The notes below the pieces were generated by a model, which was not told where the DNA came from, did no database searches, and was given only the letters and a program-made list of their open reading frames with translations. The translations under genes and the position numbers were made by a program. A stretch of 64,000 nt of DNA, taken from an uncultured Roseobacter sp. (GTDB lineage Bacteria > Pseudomonadota > Alphaproteobacteria > Rhodobacterales > Rhodobacteraceae). Shown here piece after piece: positions 10,385 through 19,411 of the stretch; position 1 is the first letter of the stretch, and every line of letters begins with the position of its first letter. The stretch covers positions 1,915 to 65,914 of the forward strand of contig NZ_CANLKW010000007.1 in the NCBI RefSeq assembly GCF_947491795.1, given 5' to 3'.

Positions 10385-10584
10385 CGAAGAGACTACAATG
10401 AAGAAAGACAGCACAGCGCAATTGGGAACAACGTCCCAGCAGCGCTGATGAAATTGCCAGGCGCATCCAGCCCGTCTGTGTGATCAAAGGGCGAAAATCT
10501 AGCCCCGAGCGGGGACACTTCCGGTAGCATGGCAAAAGGGCGGAAACTCTGATACCGGCCGAGGGCGCGTTGGGTAGCACATCA
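10385..10584 (+). pseudogene. Solo 3' end (orfB C-terminus plus terminal IR) of an element related to the 7762-8998 IS, in inverted orientation
   Basis: RRDYNEERQHSAIGNNVPAALMK matches RRDYNEERPHSAIGHKVPAELMK of the 7814 ORF. Positions 10533-10587 are the reverse complement of 7759-7811, with 1 mismatch and 1 indel. Confidence 0.65.
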
Positions 10585-10651
10585 TACCCAATAACTACAG
10601 AACTAGAATTGAGTGGAAATTTTGGAGAAATTGGTCTCTAAAACAGCGATA

Positions 10652-11956
10652 TCACTCGCTGCGAAGCGCTCGAGAAAAGTACATAGATAGCGGTTTCATG
10701 AGGTAGCTGATAGGTGACCGCTCATTTGTTTTGATGAAAGCTTCAACAGGCATTCCAGGTAAAAGTTCCTGGGCCCCTAGTTTGATCAGTTCCTTTTTGG
10801 GCAGTTCAACTTCGACTTGATAGTAAGAAGTTCCCGAAGTTTCGTCAGAGAAAACATCCGCTGATATTCTTGTGACTATTCCTTCAATTTCAGGAGATGT
10901 TTTGAGGTCCAGTGAAGGGAGCCTCACGGTTGCAGTTTGGCCCACGTAAACTTGATCGATGTGCAAGGGTTCAACCTTTGTTGAAGCAATCAGAGGTTGA
11001 TCTTGTGGGACTATATACAAAATAGGTTCTGCCGGTGAAACGACGGACTGCAGAGCGTGAATTTTCGATCCATAAATAATTCCACTTACGGGTGCTCTCA
11101 CCACCATATTGGACAGGGTAAAGGTGGAGTTGAGCAACCGTTGTTTGAGCTCTGCCTCATGAACCTGAAGGTCTCGTAAGGCAGAAATTGCTTCCTCCCT
11201 CATGCTACTGGACAGTGAGATTTTTTCAATTCTAAAATTGGCAATTTCGCCGTAGTATTGAGCGATAAGAGATGTCGTATTACCCAGTTCTCCGGTTAAT
11301 CGTGCAAGTTCTCGTTTTAATGATGACACCCGCGAAGCAGGGGAAAGACCCTTCTCGAAAAGAACCGTGGCATCTCGGAGTTCTTCTCTGATCAGTTCTT
11401 CTTGAGTTCTTAAGGATGCCAGTTGTGCCTTCGCACCGGATATCTGGTTGAGCGTCTGCGAGATCTTTTCATCAATTTGCTCGGAGCGTCTCTTCAGAGA
11501 AACTGCGCGGGCACTAAAAAGCCGTGCCTGTCCGTTTACGAGTAACTGTACGGTTGGCTCTTGGTGGATCAAAGCCTCCAACTCATCTGAGATAGAAAAC
11601 CGGGAACCGCCATCGCGCTCTGTCTCTAGTCTAACCTTCCGTGCCAGAATCTCATAGAGCTGGCTCTTAAAAATGGCAACTTCTGATCGCACTTGCGTGT
11701 CGTCAAACTCCAGTAAAGTATCTCCAGGGTTTACTGTGACTCCATCCTTTACATAAAGTTTTTTTACTACCCCACCCTGCGGATGTTGAATTACCTGTCG
11801 GTTGGATTCCACCTGAATTGTACCCCAAGCAATAACAGCGCCTGAAATATTGGAATGCATGCCCCATAACAGAGAGGCTGAAAGCAGTAGGAACGTGGTC
11901 GTAAATCCTATAACTAGGGGAATTCTTACAGACCAGTTTTGTTCTTTTTCCATCAT
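10652..11956 (-). CDS. Type I secretion periplasmic adaptor (HlyD family)
   Basis: N-terminal TM segment, long coiled-coil centre, beta-barrel C-terminus (GMPVEAFIKTNERSPISYLMKPL). A 1-nt overlap with the upstream ABC gene indicates coupling. Confidence 0.85.
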   Translation of the reverse strand: MMEKEQNWSVRIPLVIGFTTTFLLLSASLLWGMHSNISGAVIAWGTIQVESNRQVIQHPQGGVVKKLYVKDGVTVNPGDTLLEFDDTQVRSEVAIFKSQLYEILARKVRLETERDGGSRFSISDELEALIHQEPTVQLLVNGQARLFSARAVSLKRRSEQIDEKISQTLNQISGAKAQLASLRTQEELIREELRDATVLFEKGLSPASRVSSLKRELARLTGELGNTTSLIAQYYGEIANFRIEKISLSSSMREEAISALRDLQVHEAELKQRLLNSTFTLSNMVVRAPVSGIIYGSKIHALQSVVSPAEPILYIVPQDQPLIASTKVEPLHIDQVYVGQTATVRLPSLDLKTSPEIEGIVTRISADVFSDETSGTSYYQVEVELPKKELIKLGAQELLPGMPVEAFIKTNERSPISYLMKPLSMYFSRALRSE

Positions 11957-13692
11957 TATGCCTGAGCCTGTATGTTCTGAGGAGCTAAAGAGGTTTTGTC
12001 TTTCCTATTGCATGCAGTTTCCAGTATCTGAGCTTGTGGGCCGTTCGCGATGACTCGTCCTCCATCGATGACAAGCAATCGATCACATTCTGCAAGCGCG
12101 TTAGTTCTGTGTGTCATTAGAATCACCGACTGCTTTCTTTTCTTGGCCGTTCTGATTGCTTGTTTCAGTGCTTCCGACCCGTCGCTGTCTAGAGCGGAAT
12201 TCGGTTCGTCTAGAACCAGCAACACTGGATCTCCATATAGTGCGCGTGCTAAGGCGACGCGCTGTTTCTGGCCCCCGGACAAATATCCAGCGCTGCCGTT
12301 TACGACTGTGTCATACCCATCGGGTAGTGATAGAATCATATCGTGAGCATTCGCTTTTTTGGCTGCTTCAATGATTTCGGAGGATACAGAGTGCGGCAAG
12401 AAGCGAGATATATTCTCAGCAATTGAGCCGGAGTAGAGTTCAACATCTTGAGGTAGATAGCCAATGTATCTACCAACATCTTCCGAACCATACTGTGACA
12501 GCGTGGCGCCGCCCAGCCGTATTTCACCTAAAGTTATCGGAAGAGTTCCTAGCATCGCCTTTGCTAATGTACTCTTTCCTGAACCGCTCTTCCCAATGAC
12601 ACCCAGTACTTCACCTTCCTTCAATTCAAAGGAAATATTTGACAAAATTGGTTTTTGGGTTGTGGGAGCTCTGGCTGTAACACCGGTAACCTTCAAATTT
12701 GCGTTTGGACGGGGAAGCTTGACCGGCTCAACTATTTCCGGAAAGCTTGACAGAAGAGCTTTCAGTTCTTGCCAAGACTCTCGAGCCTGCTGGACTACGT
12801 TCCACTGGCTCAGCGTCTGCTGCATCGGAGCAAGTGCCCGTCCCACCAAAATAGAGCTTGCTATCATAGCACCGGCTGACAGTTCGTTGTGCAATGCCAA
12901 GTAGGCACCTGTTGCAAGCATTGCGGATTGAAAAAACAGTGTGAACGACTTGGTTGCTGAAGAGAAGAAGCCGCTCCAATCGCCGGATTGGACAGTCAAA
13001 CTTTCAGCTTTGTCCCTGGCCGAGAGCCATCTTCTTGCGATCGACTTGTTCATTCCCTGCGCAAGAATATAGTCGGCTGAATCACGCGCTTGGTCAGCGA
13101 AGCCTTGAGCAATCACCCCATGCTTTTGAGCTTCTATTCGCGTGCGCTGGGACAAACCATTATTGAGAATCGTTGCAAGCATCAAAGCAATGCACCCTGC
13201 AATTGCAAGCCAGCCCAATAGTGGATGAAAAACAAAAATAATCATCAGAAAGAGTGGCGTCCAAAGTACATCAAAAATCGAAATCACTACCTGTGAAGAG
13301 AACAATGCTCGAACGTTTTCAAGATCTTTAAGCGCGCGCGATGGACGGAGGTCCACCGGGAGCTTAGAGGCGCGGTCAACCATTGCCAAAAACACCCGCT
13401 CTTTGAACATTGAGAACAGACGGCAGCCAAACCGTGTTACTAAATGCGCCCTTACGCAGTTCAAAACTGCCATGCAGGCATAAAGAATGGTCACAAGCAG
13501 AAACAACGTGAGCAGGGTTTCTTGTGACCTAGATCCCAGTACACGGTCGTATACCTGGAGCATGAACAAAGGTCCGGTCAGCATCAGTAAGTTACTGAAC
13601 ACACTGAAAAAAAATGCAGCAGCAAGCAACCAAATGTTTGCTTCGAGCGCTGTACCAAGTTCTGATCTTGCACTGATTTTGGAAATTCTCAT
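11956..13692 (-). CDS. Type I secretion ABC transporter (permease-ATPase, PrtD/HasD-like, no C39 peptidase domain)
   Basis: Six-TM N-terminal half. Walker A GKSGSGKST, signature LSGGQKQRVALARAL, Walker B LLVLDEPNSALD. At 578 aa there is no room for an N-terminal peptidase domain. Confidence 0.9.
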   Translation of the reverse strand: MRISKISARSELGTALEANIWLLAAAFFFSVFSNLLMLTGPLFMLQVYDRVLGSRSQETLLTLFLLVTILYACMAVLNCVRAHLVTRFGCRLFSMFKERVFLAMVDRASKLPVDLRPSRALKDLENVRALFSSQVVISIFDVLWTPLFLMIIFVFHPLLGWLAIAGCIALMLATILNNGLSQRTRIEAQKHGVIAQGFADQARDSADYILAQGMNKSIARRWLSARDKAESLTVQSGDWSGFFSSATKSFTLFFQSAMLATGAYLALHNELSAGAMIASSILVGRALAPMQQTLSQWNVVQQARESWQELKALLSSFPEIVEPVKLPRPNANLKVTGVTARAPTTQKPILSNISFELKEGEVLGVIGKSGSGKSTLAKAMLGTLPITLGEIRLGGATLSQYGSEDVGRYIGYLPQDVELYSGSIAENISRFLPHSVSSEIIEAAKKANAHDMILSLPDGYDTVVNGSAGYLSGGQKQRVALARALYGDPVLLVLDEPNSALDSDGSEALKQAIRTAKKRKQSVILMTHRTNALAECDRLLVIDGGRVIANGPQAQILETACNRKDKTSLAPQNIQAQA

Positions 13693-13943
13693 GTCGGAGT
13701 TAGAACCCAGCCGGTTGCTTCGATCTTGCTGAAGTGTCTTTCACAAACTTAAATTCATAGTTAATTCTTCCGTCAATTTCTGTCTAAATTGGGCTTTCCT
13801 TCGATCGGTAGGGCGACAGTGTGACTGGAGGTCTCTAGACTCGTCTGTTCTGCACCAGGACCGCACTGACGGTTGTTCGAAATCGACACTGGTGCAAACA
13901 GGGAGATCGTCTGAGGGCAAAGAATAAGTTTGACTATAGGAAT

Positions 13944-14135
13944 TTGCTGCTGCCAATCTGGAAGCGCGTAAAACCAAGGCGCGCCGACTACAATCACAAC
14001 CGGCCTCACTCCAGCCTCGCTGGCATGACGCCATACGAATATGTTAACCGGTCAAATGGAGGCCAAAACCTGCACAGAGCTAACCTATGTACGCGGACTC
14101 CAAGGGGATCAGGTCACCCTGTGTCCAAAAATTGA
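13944..14135 (+). pseudogene. IS3-family OrfB C-terminal fragment
   Basis: ADYNHNRPHSSLAGMTPYEY is the conserved end of rve-type transposases. No upstream catalytic core is present. Confidence 0.5.
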
Positions 14136-14556
14136 CAGTTTCTTGTCCAATACTTTGGCTAAACCCGACGAAGGAAGTCGTGCGGCACAAACACAACTCT
14201 GTTCGCGCGAAAGCTAATATCTTTACAGTTTTTTAACCAATTCTCGTCCACGGTTTTTGGTAGACTATGAACGAGGAAGATGAATGCAAGAAGATAATTG
14301 GCTGCTCTCTGCCCTGTCCGACTTAAGAGCATATTCGGAAGATAGTAATTTACCAAATCTGGTTGTTGGATTACAGCACGTCATTGCAACCTATGCTGAA
14401 GAAGCATCGCTATCTTCTGATGAGGCGAAACAGCTATTGAAAACACTGAGTTCTTGAGAAACTACAGTGGTCAAGTTTCCTTAAGCTCAGGTCCCAAAAA
14501 TTGGTTTAATGTTGAACTACTGGCATGGTCCAGAGCTCTCAAAGTCTGGGGAGTTT

Positions 14557-14940
14557 ATGAGTAATCTTTATTGGCTGACAGAGGCGCAGACGATGCGTCT
14601 TCGGCCGTTTTCCAAGAGGCCTTAGGTGTACAAGAGTTGATGACCGGCGTGTTCTGATGGATAATTTCTTTTTTAATCACAATGGTTTACGTTCGCGATG
14701 CGCCTGCCGCCTATGGTTCGTCAAATACTTTGTATAGCCGTTGGAAGCGCTGGAGTAACTTAGGAGTATTTGCTGCGATCATGAAAAATCTGGCAGGGGA
14801 AACCCGACAATAATTCCATATCGATTGACGCGAACTACCTGAAAGTACATCGCAAGGCTTCAAGTCCGAGGGTGAAAAAGGGGGCGTGGACGCTTGATCG
14901 GACAAACGAAAGGGGCAGAATACCAAGTGACCCAGTCCCC
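14557..14940 (+). pseudogene. IS5-family (IS427-like) transposase, N-terminal half with stops and frameshifts
   Basis: MSNLYWLTEAQTMRLRPF..(stop)..; in other frames LYSRWKRWSNLGVFAAIMKNLAGE and IDANYLKVHRKASSPRVKKGAWTLDRTNERGRIPSDPVP, the latter aligning loosely to the IS5-family consensus IDATYLKAHRTASSLR.KKGGRGRLIGRTKGG. It is interrupted by IS3 copy 2. Confidence 0.7.
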
Positions 14941-16160
14941 TGAAATTAGGCCACTGAGGTGCTAGTAATCCGTCCAAGCAAAGGATGGACTACGAAACGC
15001 AGATTTAGCGACGAACAGATCATTGGGATGATCAAGGAGTACGAGGCTGGTGTTAAGGCGCAGGAGCTGTGTCGGAAGTACGGGATCAGCGACGCTACAT
15101 TCTACAAATACAAAGCCAAATTTGGCGGGATGAATGTATCTGATGCGAAGAAGCTGCGGGCGCTTGAAGACGAGAACAATCGACTGAAGCGCATGTTGGC
15201 AGACGCGATGTTGGACAACGCCGCGCTGAAGGACCTCGCGACAAAAAAACTACTGACGCCTGATGTGAAGCGCAGGGCTGTGTTGGACGTGATGGACCGG
15301 CACAGCCTGTCGGAACGTCGGGCGTGTGAGCTGGCTGATCTTCACCGATTAGTCATTCAATATACGAAGCAGGATCAGGGCGATGAAGACCTGCGCAAGC
15401 GGCTGCGCGAACTGGAGAATGAGCGTCGCCGGTTCGGCTATCGTCGTTTGGGCATTCTACTGGCTAGGGAAGGCTTTGAAGTGAACCATAAGAAGCTGTT
15501 TCGGCTGTACCGTGAAGAAGGGCTGGCGGTGCGCCGCAGACGGTCGCGCAGGCCTATTCTGGTGCCGGATCGCGCCAATCAGCGCTGGTCGCTGGACTTC
15601 GTGTCTGACGCTTTTGAGGATGGCCAGCGGTTCCGGGTGTTGTGCATCGTGGATGACTGCACGCGAGAAGCACTGGAGACGGTCGTGGATCGCTCATTGT
15701 CAGGCACAGGGATGACCCGCGAGCTGGATGATCTCATCCGACGACGTGGCCAGCCGGACATGATTGTCAGTGATAATGGGACGAAAATGACATCCCATGC
15801 GGTACTGCGATGGTGCTAGGATACCGGCGTTGGCTGGCATTACATCCTACCGGGAAAGCCGATGCAGAACGCGTTTGTGGTGTCGTTCAACGGTAGGCTC
15901 AGGGACGAATGCTTGAATGAACACGTCTTCGGCAATCTCACCGAAGCCCGGAAGGTCATCGAAAACTGGAGGATCGACTACAACACACAAAGACCACACA
16001 CACATCGCTTTGCGGGCTAGGATCAGCCGTTTATGCCAATCTCAACCTTGCCATCCGGCCTGCTTCGCCTGAGCTACGCGAAGGCTCCGCTCAGCAGGCC
16101 TTGACCGCGACCATATCAACAGGAAGAAACACGAACGGATTCTACACCTGAGCGGCACGA
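14933..16160 (+). mobile_element. IS3-family insertion sequence, copy 2 of the 2134-3400 element, inactivated
   Basis: Left end (gacccagtcccc)TGAAATTAGGCCACTGAGGTGCTAGTAATCCG and right end ..GGATTCTACACCTGAGCGGCAC align with the ends of copy 1. It is in the opposite orientation to copy 1. The right boundary is approximate. Confidence 0.8.
14959..16020 (+). pseudogene. IS3-family transposase, orfA-orfB fused in frame by an extra A (A7 versus A6) but killed by a nonsense codon and a 3' indel
   Basis: [15 protein letters not shown] reads through where copy 1 needs a -1 frameshift (run of 7 A at 15243-15249). TAG at 15817-15819 replaces the CAG of copy 1 ([11 protein letters not shown] versus [12 protein letters not shown]). 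The C-terminus diverges after RPHT. Confidence 0.8.
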
Positions 16161-16733
16161 AAACGCGACAGGTCCAGTTCCAACACATTTACTCTTCGAG
16201 ACATTCGAACTCTTGGTCTATCGAGTGCGGCTTGTCTTCAGTCTGGGAGCTACTCAAGACTCCTTGCATCTGCTCTATCACTTTTCTCATCGCTATAGCT
16301 GTATTGGCAAATCCTTGCAGTTGTGCTTCCTCCAACACGGAATAGGCATGCGATAACGCTTCTTGACTATTCATTTAGGAATACCTCCCCATAAGGTGGA
16401 TCTCAAAAGGTGGTTAACTGATAGGCAATGAATACTAATAAAACGTAAATCTACTGGTCAGTAGAACAAAAAACACTCTGGATGGGGTGTTCACACGAAT
16501 AAAACTAGCCGCTAGGTTTGTAGTGAGGATTATGTCGACACTTTGTATGAGCTCATTTCGAACGACCACGTGCACAGATATGTGCTGCTGCCGCCACAGT
16601 TTGCGTACTCCGAGCTGGTACGCACAATGAAAGTTGCTTCTCCGGCATTGTTCAAAGTGAATTCTGACAATTTCACAGCTTTTGTTGCAGGCAGTACGGA
16701 AGAGAAAAAAGTCGAAAAAACTTGTAAGGTCCT

Positions 16734-17810
16734 TCATCGCCGCCCCAACCTTCCAAGTCTTGCAAGTTGCGCCAGCATTTGAGACCCGGCCCCCGGTGAC
16801 CCAGTGCCGCTTGCCTGACCTGTCTGTCCCATGCCTTGCCGCACTGGCATCTGCTGCACACCAAAAAACTGCCGCGCCCTGAGGGCTGCGTATTCGGCGC
16901 CACTGGCACCGCCGATCAGATAGCGGTTGTAGGCCTGCTGGCTGCCCATGGCGGCACGGGCGAAGTTGTAACCACCACCTAGACCACCCGAGAGGGCGGG
17001 CATCATGATGTTGCCGGAGATCGCGCGGACGATGAATGGCGTTGCGATGATGAAGCCCTTGGCCATGAGCACCATCATGAAGAAGGGGATGAGCGCGCCA
17101 ATGTTGGAAGCGCCTTCCGGATCGCCCAGTTCGCCGATCAGGGCTGATGATACCCCGGTGATCGTGGCGAACACGCCGGCGACAACGATGGGGTAGAGCG
17201 CAAAGGAAACCAGTGCTGAAAGCCATCGCGCGAAGTAATCCTTGGTCACTTCGAAGAGGGTCAGGAAAATCATGACTGGAGCGATCCCGATCAGAAGTGC
17301 GATCATCAAACGCGAGGCCACGAGTATGAAGGCTGCGAGTCCGCCGAGAATCGAGAGCAAGAGGACCCCGACAATGTCGAGCATGGCGCCGGCCATCCAG
17401 TTCAACTCGGAACCAGCGGCGTTCAAATAGTCCCCCAACTCGGCGATCAACCGGTCGAATTCTTCCGCGAACGTGCCAGAGGGCCCCGGGGTACCGCCAC
17501 CGACCGAGGCGACAAGCGCACCCGCAATGCTGTCGATCCCGGCAAGGATAGCGGCGGAAAGCGCGTTGAACTGTACCCAGTTGGTAGAGAATATCCCGAT
17601 CAGTCCGATCTTGACCGCGAGCCAGAAGGCCGTGCGGCCATCCATCGCTTTGTACTGGTAGATCATGTTCAGGAAGACGAGGATCACCACGAGCGTCGTG
17701 CCCAAAACCAGAAGCGTGCCGACCGTTGCCGCGACCGATCCGAACTGGGTTTCTGCGGCGGTGTCGAGATAGCCCTGGGAGGTTTCAACGAAATAGGTGA
17801 CGACGCTCAT
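16734..17810 (-). CDS. virB6: T4SS inner-membrane protein VirB6/TrbL family
   Basis: Polytopic membrane protein (at least 6 hydrophobic segments) with a Gly/Ala/Gln-rich C-terminal tail. It is the last gene of the virB operon. Confidence 0.75.
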   Translation of the reverse strand: MSVVTYFVETSQGYLDTAAETQFGSVAATVGTLLVLGTTLVVILVFLNMIYQYKAMDGRTAFWLAVKIGLIGIFSTNWVQFNALSAAILAGIDSIAGALVASVGGGTPGPSGTFAEEFDRLIAELGDYLNAAGSELNWMAGAMLDIVGVLLLSILGGLAAFILVASRLMIALLIGIAPVMIFLTLFEVTKDYFARWLSALVSFALYPIVVAGVFATITGVSSALIGELGDPEGASNIGALIPFFMMVLMAKGFIIATPFIVRAISGNIMMPALSGGLGGGYNFARAAMGSQQAYNRYLIGGASGAEYAALRARQFFGVQQMPVRQGMGQTGQASGTGSPGAGSQMLAQLARLGRLGRR

Positions 17811-17822
17811 CGCAGGGCTGCC

Positions 17823-18233
17823 TCACCAATTGCCCGCGGCTTCGCAGATGGCTTTGGCCTCAAGGCGAACTTCGTTGGCGCGCCGATTGTAGGCGTCGGA
17901 TGCTTCCAGCATTTCCCATCGTTCGTCACTCGCGTGGACCTCGCGAAACACCGCCTCGGCTGCGTCCCAAGATGGGAAGCGGGTCTCGCAATCGCAGCTA
18001 CCGCTCTCGACGACGCGCTCGAGGTTTTGGGCGCGGTAGATATCCTGGACCAGCACGCGCTGATAGGCTTGGCGCAGGGGGATCTCCTGCATCCAGACGG
18101 GCTCGGCGGCCCGGTCCGGACAGACGTTGAAGCTGCGACCGAGGGTCGGCACCAGATTGCGCTCGGCGAAGGCGGGGATAGCCAGTAGGCTCAGGGCCAT
18201 CGCGGCCAAGGCGAGGTGCTGCGCCTGTCTCAT
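17823..18233 (-). CDS. Periplasmic hypothetical protein of the T4SS operon (signal peptide, 4 Cys)
   Basis: Signal-peptide-like LALAAMALSLLAIPAFA. The 4-nt overlap with the upstream ORF suggests translational coupling. Confidence 0.5.
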   Translation of the reverse strand: MRQAQHLALAAMALSLLAIPAFAERNLVPTLGRSFNVCPDRAAEPVWMQEIPLRQAYQRVLVQDIYRAQNLERVVESGSCDCETRFPSWDAAEAVFREVHASDERWEMLEASDAYNRRANEVRLEAKAICEAAGNW

Positions 18234-18424
18234 GCCGTGGCTCCAGCAGGTGTGGTTTCGCGCTTCAGGAAAACGGTGTGCCCGATATTGGCGAACTCCG
18301 AGGAGCTGATTGACACCACCTCCCAGCCTTCGGCCCCCTTCGCGTTCAGGCTGGCCTGCATGTCGGCAAGACTCGTCTTGCGGGTCATGGGGAAACTGAG
18401 GATGTCATATTCAAAGGTCTTCAT
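18230..18424 (-). CDS. Small DUF4177-like protein
   Basis: The pattern MKTFEYDIL...LNAKGAEGWEVVSI...VFLKR is typical of DUF4177. It overlaps both neighbours by 4 nt. Confidence 0.45.
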   Translation of the reverse strand: MKTFEYDILSFPMTRKTSLADMQASLNAKGAEGWEVVSISSSEFANIGHTVFLKRETTPAGATA

Positions 18425-19407
18425 TGGGAAGCTCCAGTCTCATTAGCGCCGGGGAGGTAGAATTCGGTGATGCCGCGCCTACCGTCGTGGCGACCGGCCT
18501 GGATGATTACATCGATGGAATTCTCGATGTACTGGATCACGTCGGTGTAGGTCATCGGGATCTCGGTCTTGAGCGCCGCGATGGCGAGCCTCTGCACGGC
18601 AAGTTGAGGGGTTTCGGCGTGCAGCGTGGTCATGGACCCGCCATGACCGGTGTTGATCGCCTCGAGGAAGGTCATGGCCTCCTTGCCGCGTACCTCGCCG
18701 AGGATGATCCGGTCGGGGCGCATGCGGAGGGTTGCGGTGAGCAGCACATCGGCCGTCTGGAACTCCGAATCCCGATTGGCGATGAGGGTCACTGTATTTG
18801 GCTGGGTCGGCAGAAGCTCGGCGGCTTCCTCGATAGTGACGATGCGTTCCTCTGATGGCACGTGAGACAGGATCTTGCGCGCGGCGACAGTCTTGCCGGT
18901 GGAGGTACCACCCGAAACGATCATGTTGAGCTTGTTCTCGACGCAGAAGGCAAGGGCATCATCGATCACGCCCGCCGCCACCACTTCGCGCAGTTCCCGG
19001 GTTTTCTCGAGGCGGAGTTCTTCAAGCTTGCGTTCCTTGCCATAAAGGAAATCAAGCGCGATCCCGTCGAGCGGCAGGCTCGAGAAGAACCGCAGGCTGA
19101 TCGACATCGCCGAGAGCACAGCAGGTGGCGTGATGACCTGTGCCCGGATCGGGCGGCCCTTGTAGGTGATCGAGACCGAGACGATGGGGCGGTCCTTGCT
19201 CATCGTTGTGTTGGCGGAGGAGGCGATCTGGTTGCCGAGGTCCTTCACTTCTGTTGCGGTCAGCTTTTGATCCAGCTTCCGCATGAAGTGATCGCCCTGG
19301 AATTCTCCCCAGCAGCTGCCGTCGGGGTTGATGCAGATCTCGATGACATCGTCGCGGGCGGCGGCGTCGATCCGATCAAGCGAGGTTTGGAGATAGCTCA
19401 GCGACAT
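18421..19407 (-). CDS. virB11: T4SS ATPase VirB11
   Basis: Walker A GGTSTGKT, RPDRIILGEVRG, TGHGGSMTTLHA (His box). Confidence 0.9.
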   Translation of the reverse strand: MSLSYLQTSLDRIDAAARDDVIEICINPDGSCWGEFQGDHFMRKLDQKLTATEVKDLGNQIASSANTTMSKDRPIVSVSITYKGRPIRAQVITPPAVLSAMSISLRFFSSLPLDGIALDFLYGKERKLEELRLEKTRELREVVAAGVIDDALAFCVENKLNMIVSGGTSTGKTVAARKILSHVPSEERIVTIEEAAELLPTQPNTVTLIANRDSEFQTADVLLTATLRMRPDRIILGEVRGKEAMTFLEAINTGHGGSMTTLHAETPQLAVQRLAIAALKTEIPMTYTDVIQYIENSIDVIIQAGRHDGRRGITEFYLPGANETGASQ

Positions 19408-19411
19408 GGGC

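Noticed and set aside
14159-14457. Two overlapping small ORFs in the AT-rich gap: minus-strand 65 aa (14159-14356) and plus-strand 57 aa (14284-14457). The plus-strand ORF has GAGGAA 6 nt upstream.
   Set aside because: Neither has a recognisable motif and they are mutually exclusive. The plus-strand one is slightly more plausible, but support is insufficient to annotate it.
2008-14940. Idea that inverting the segment between the two inverted IS3 copies would rejoin the two IS5-family fragments into one IS5 disrupted by a single IS3.
   Set aside because: The geometry fits, but the fragments are not contiguous parts of the transposase. The N-terminal fragment ends near the GGMNTK region and the C-terminal fragment starts at RNRIE, so ~100 aa are missing. 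No matching target duplication is seen either.
16435-17226. 263-aa minus-strand ORF overlapping virB6 out of frame; similar alternative-frame ORFs occur across virB10, virB4 and the SLT genes.
   Set aside because: They are alternative frames of high-GC genes with clear homology, and their products are His/Arg/Gly-rich.
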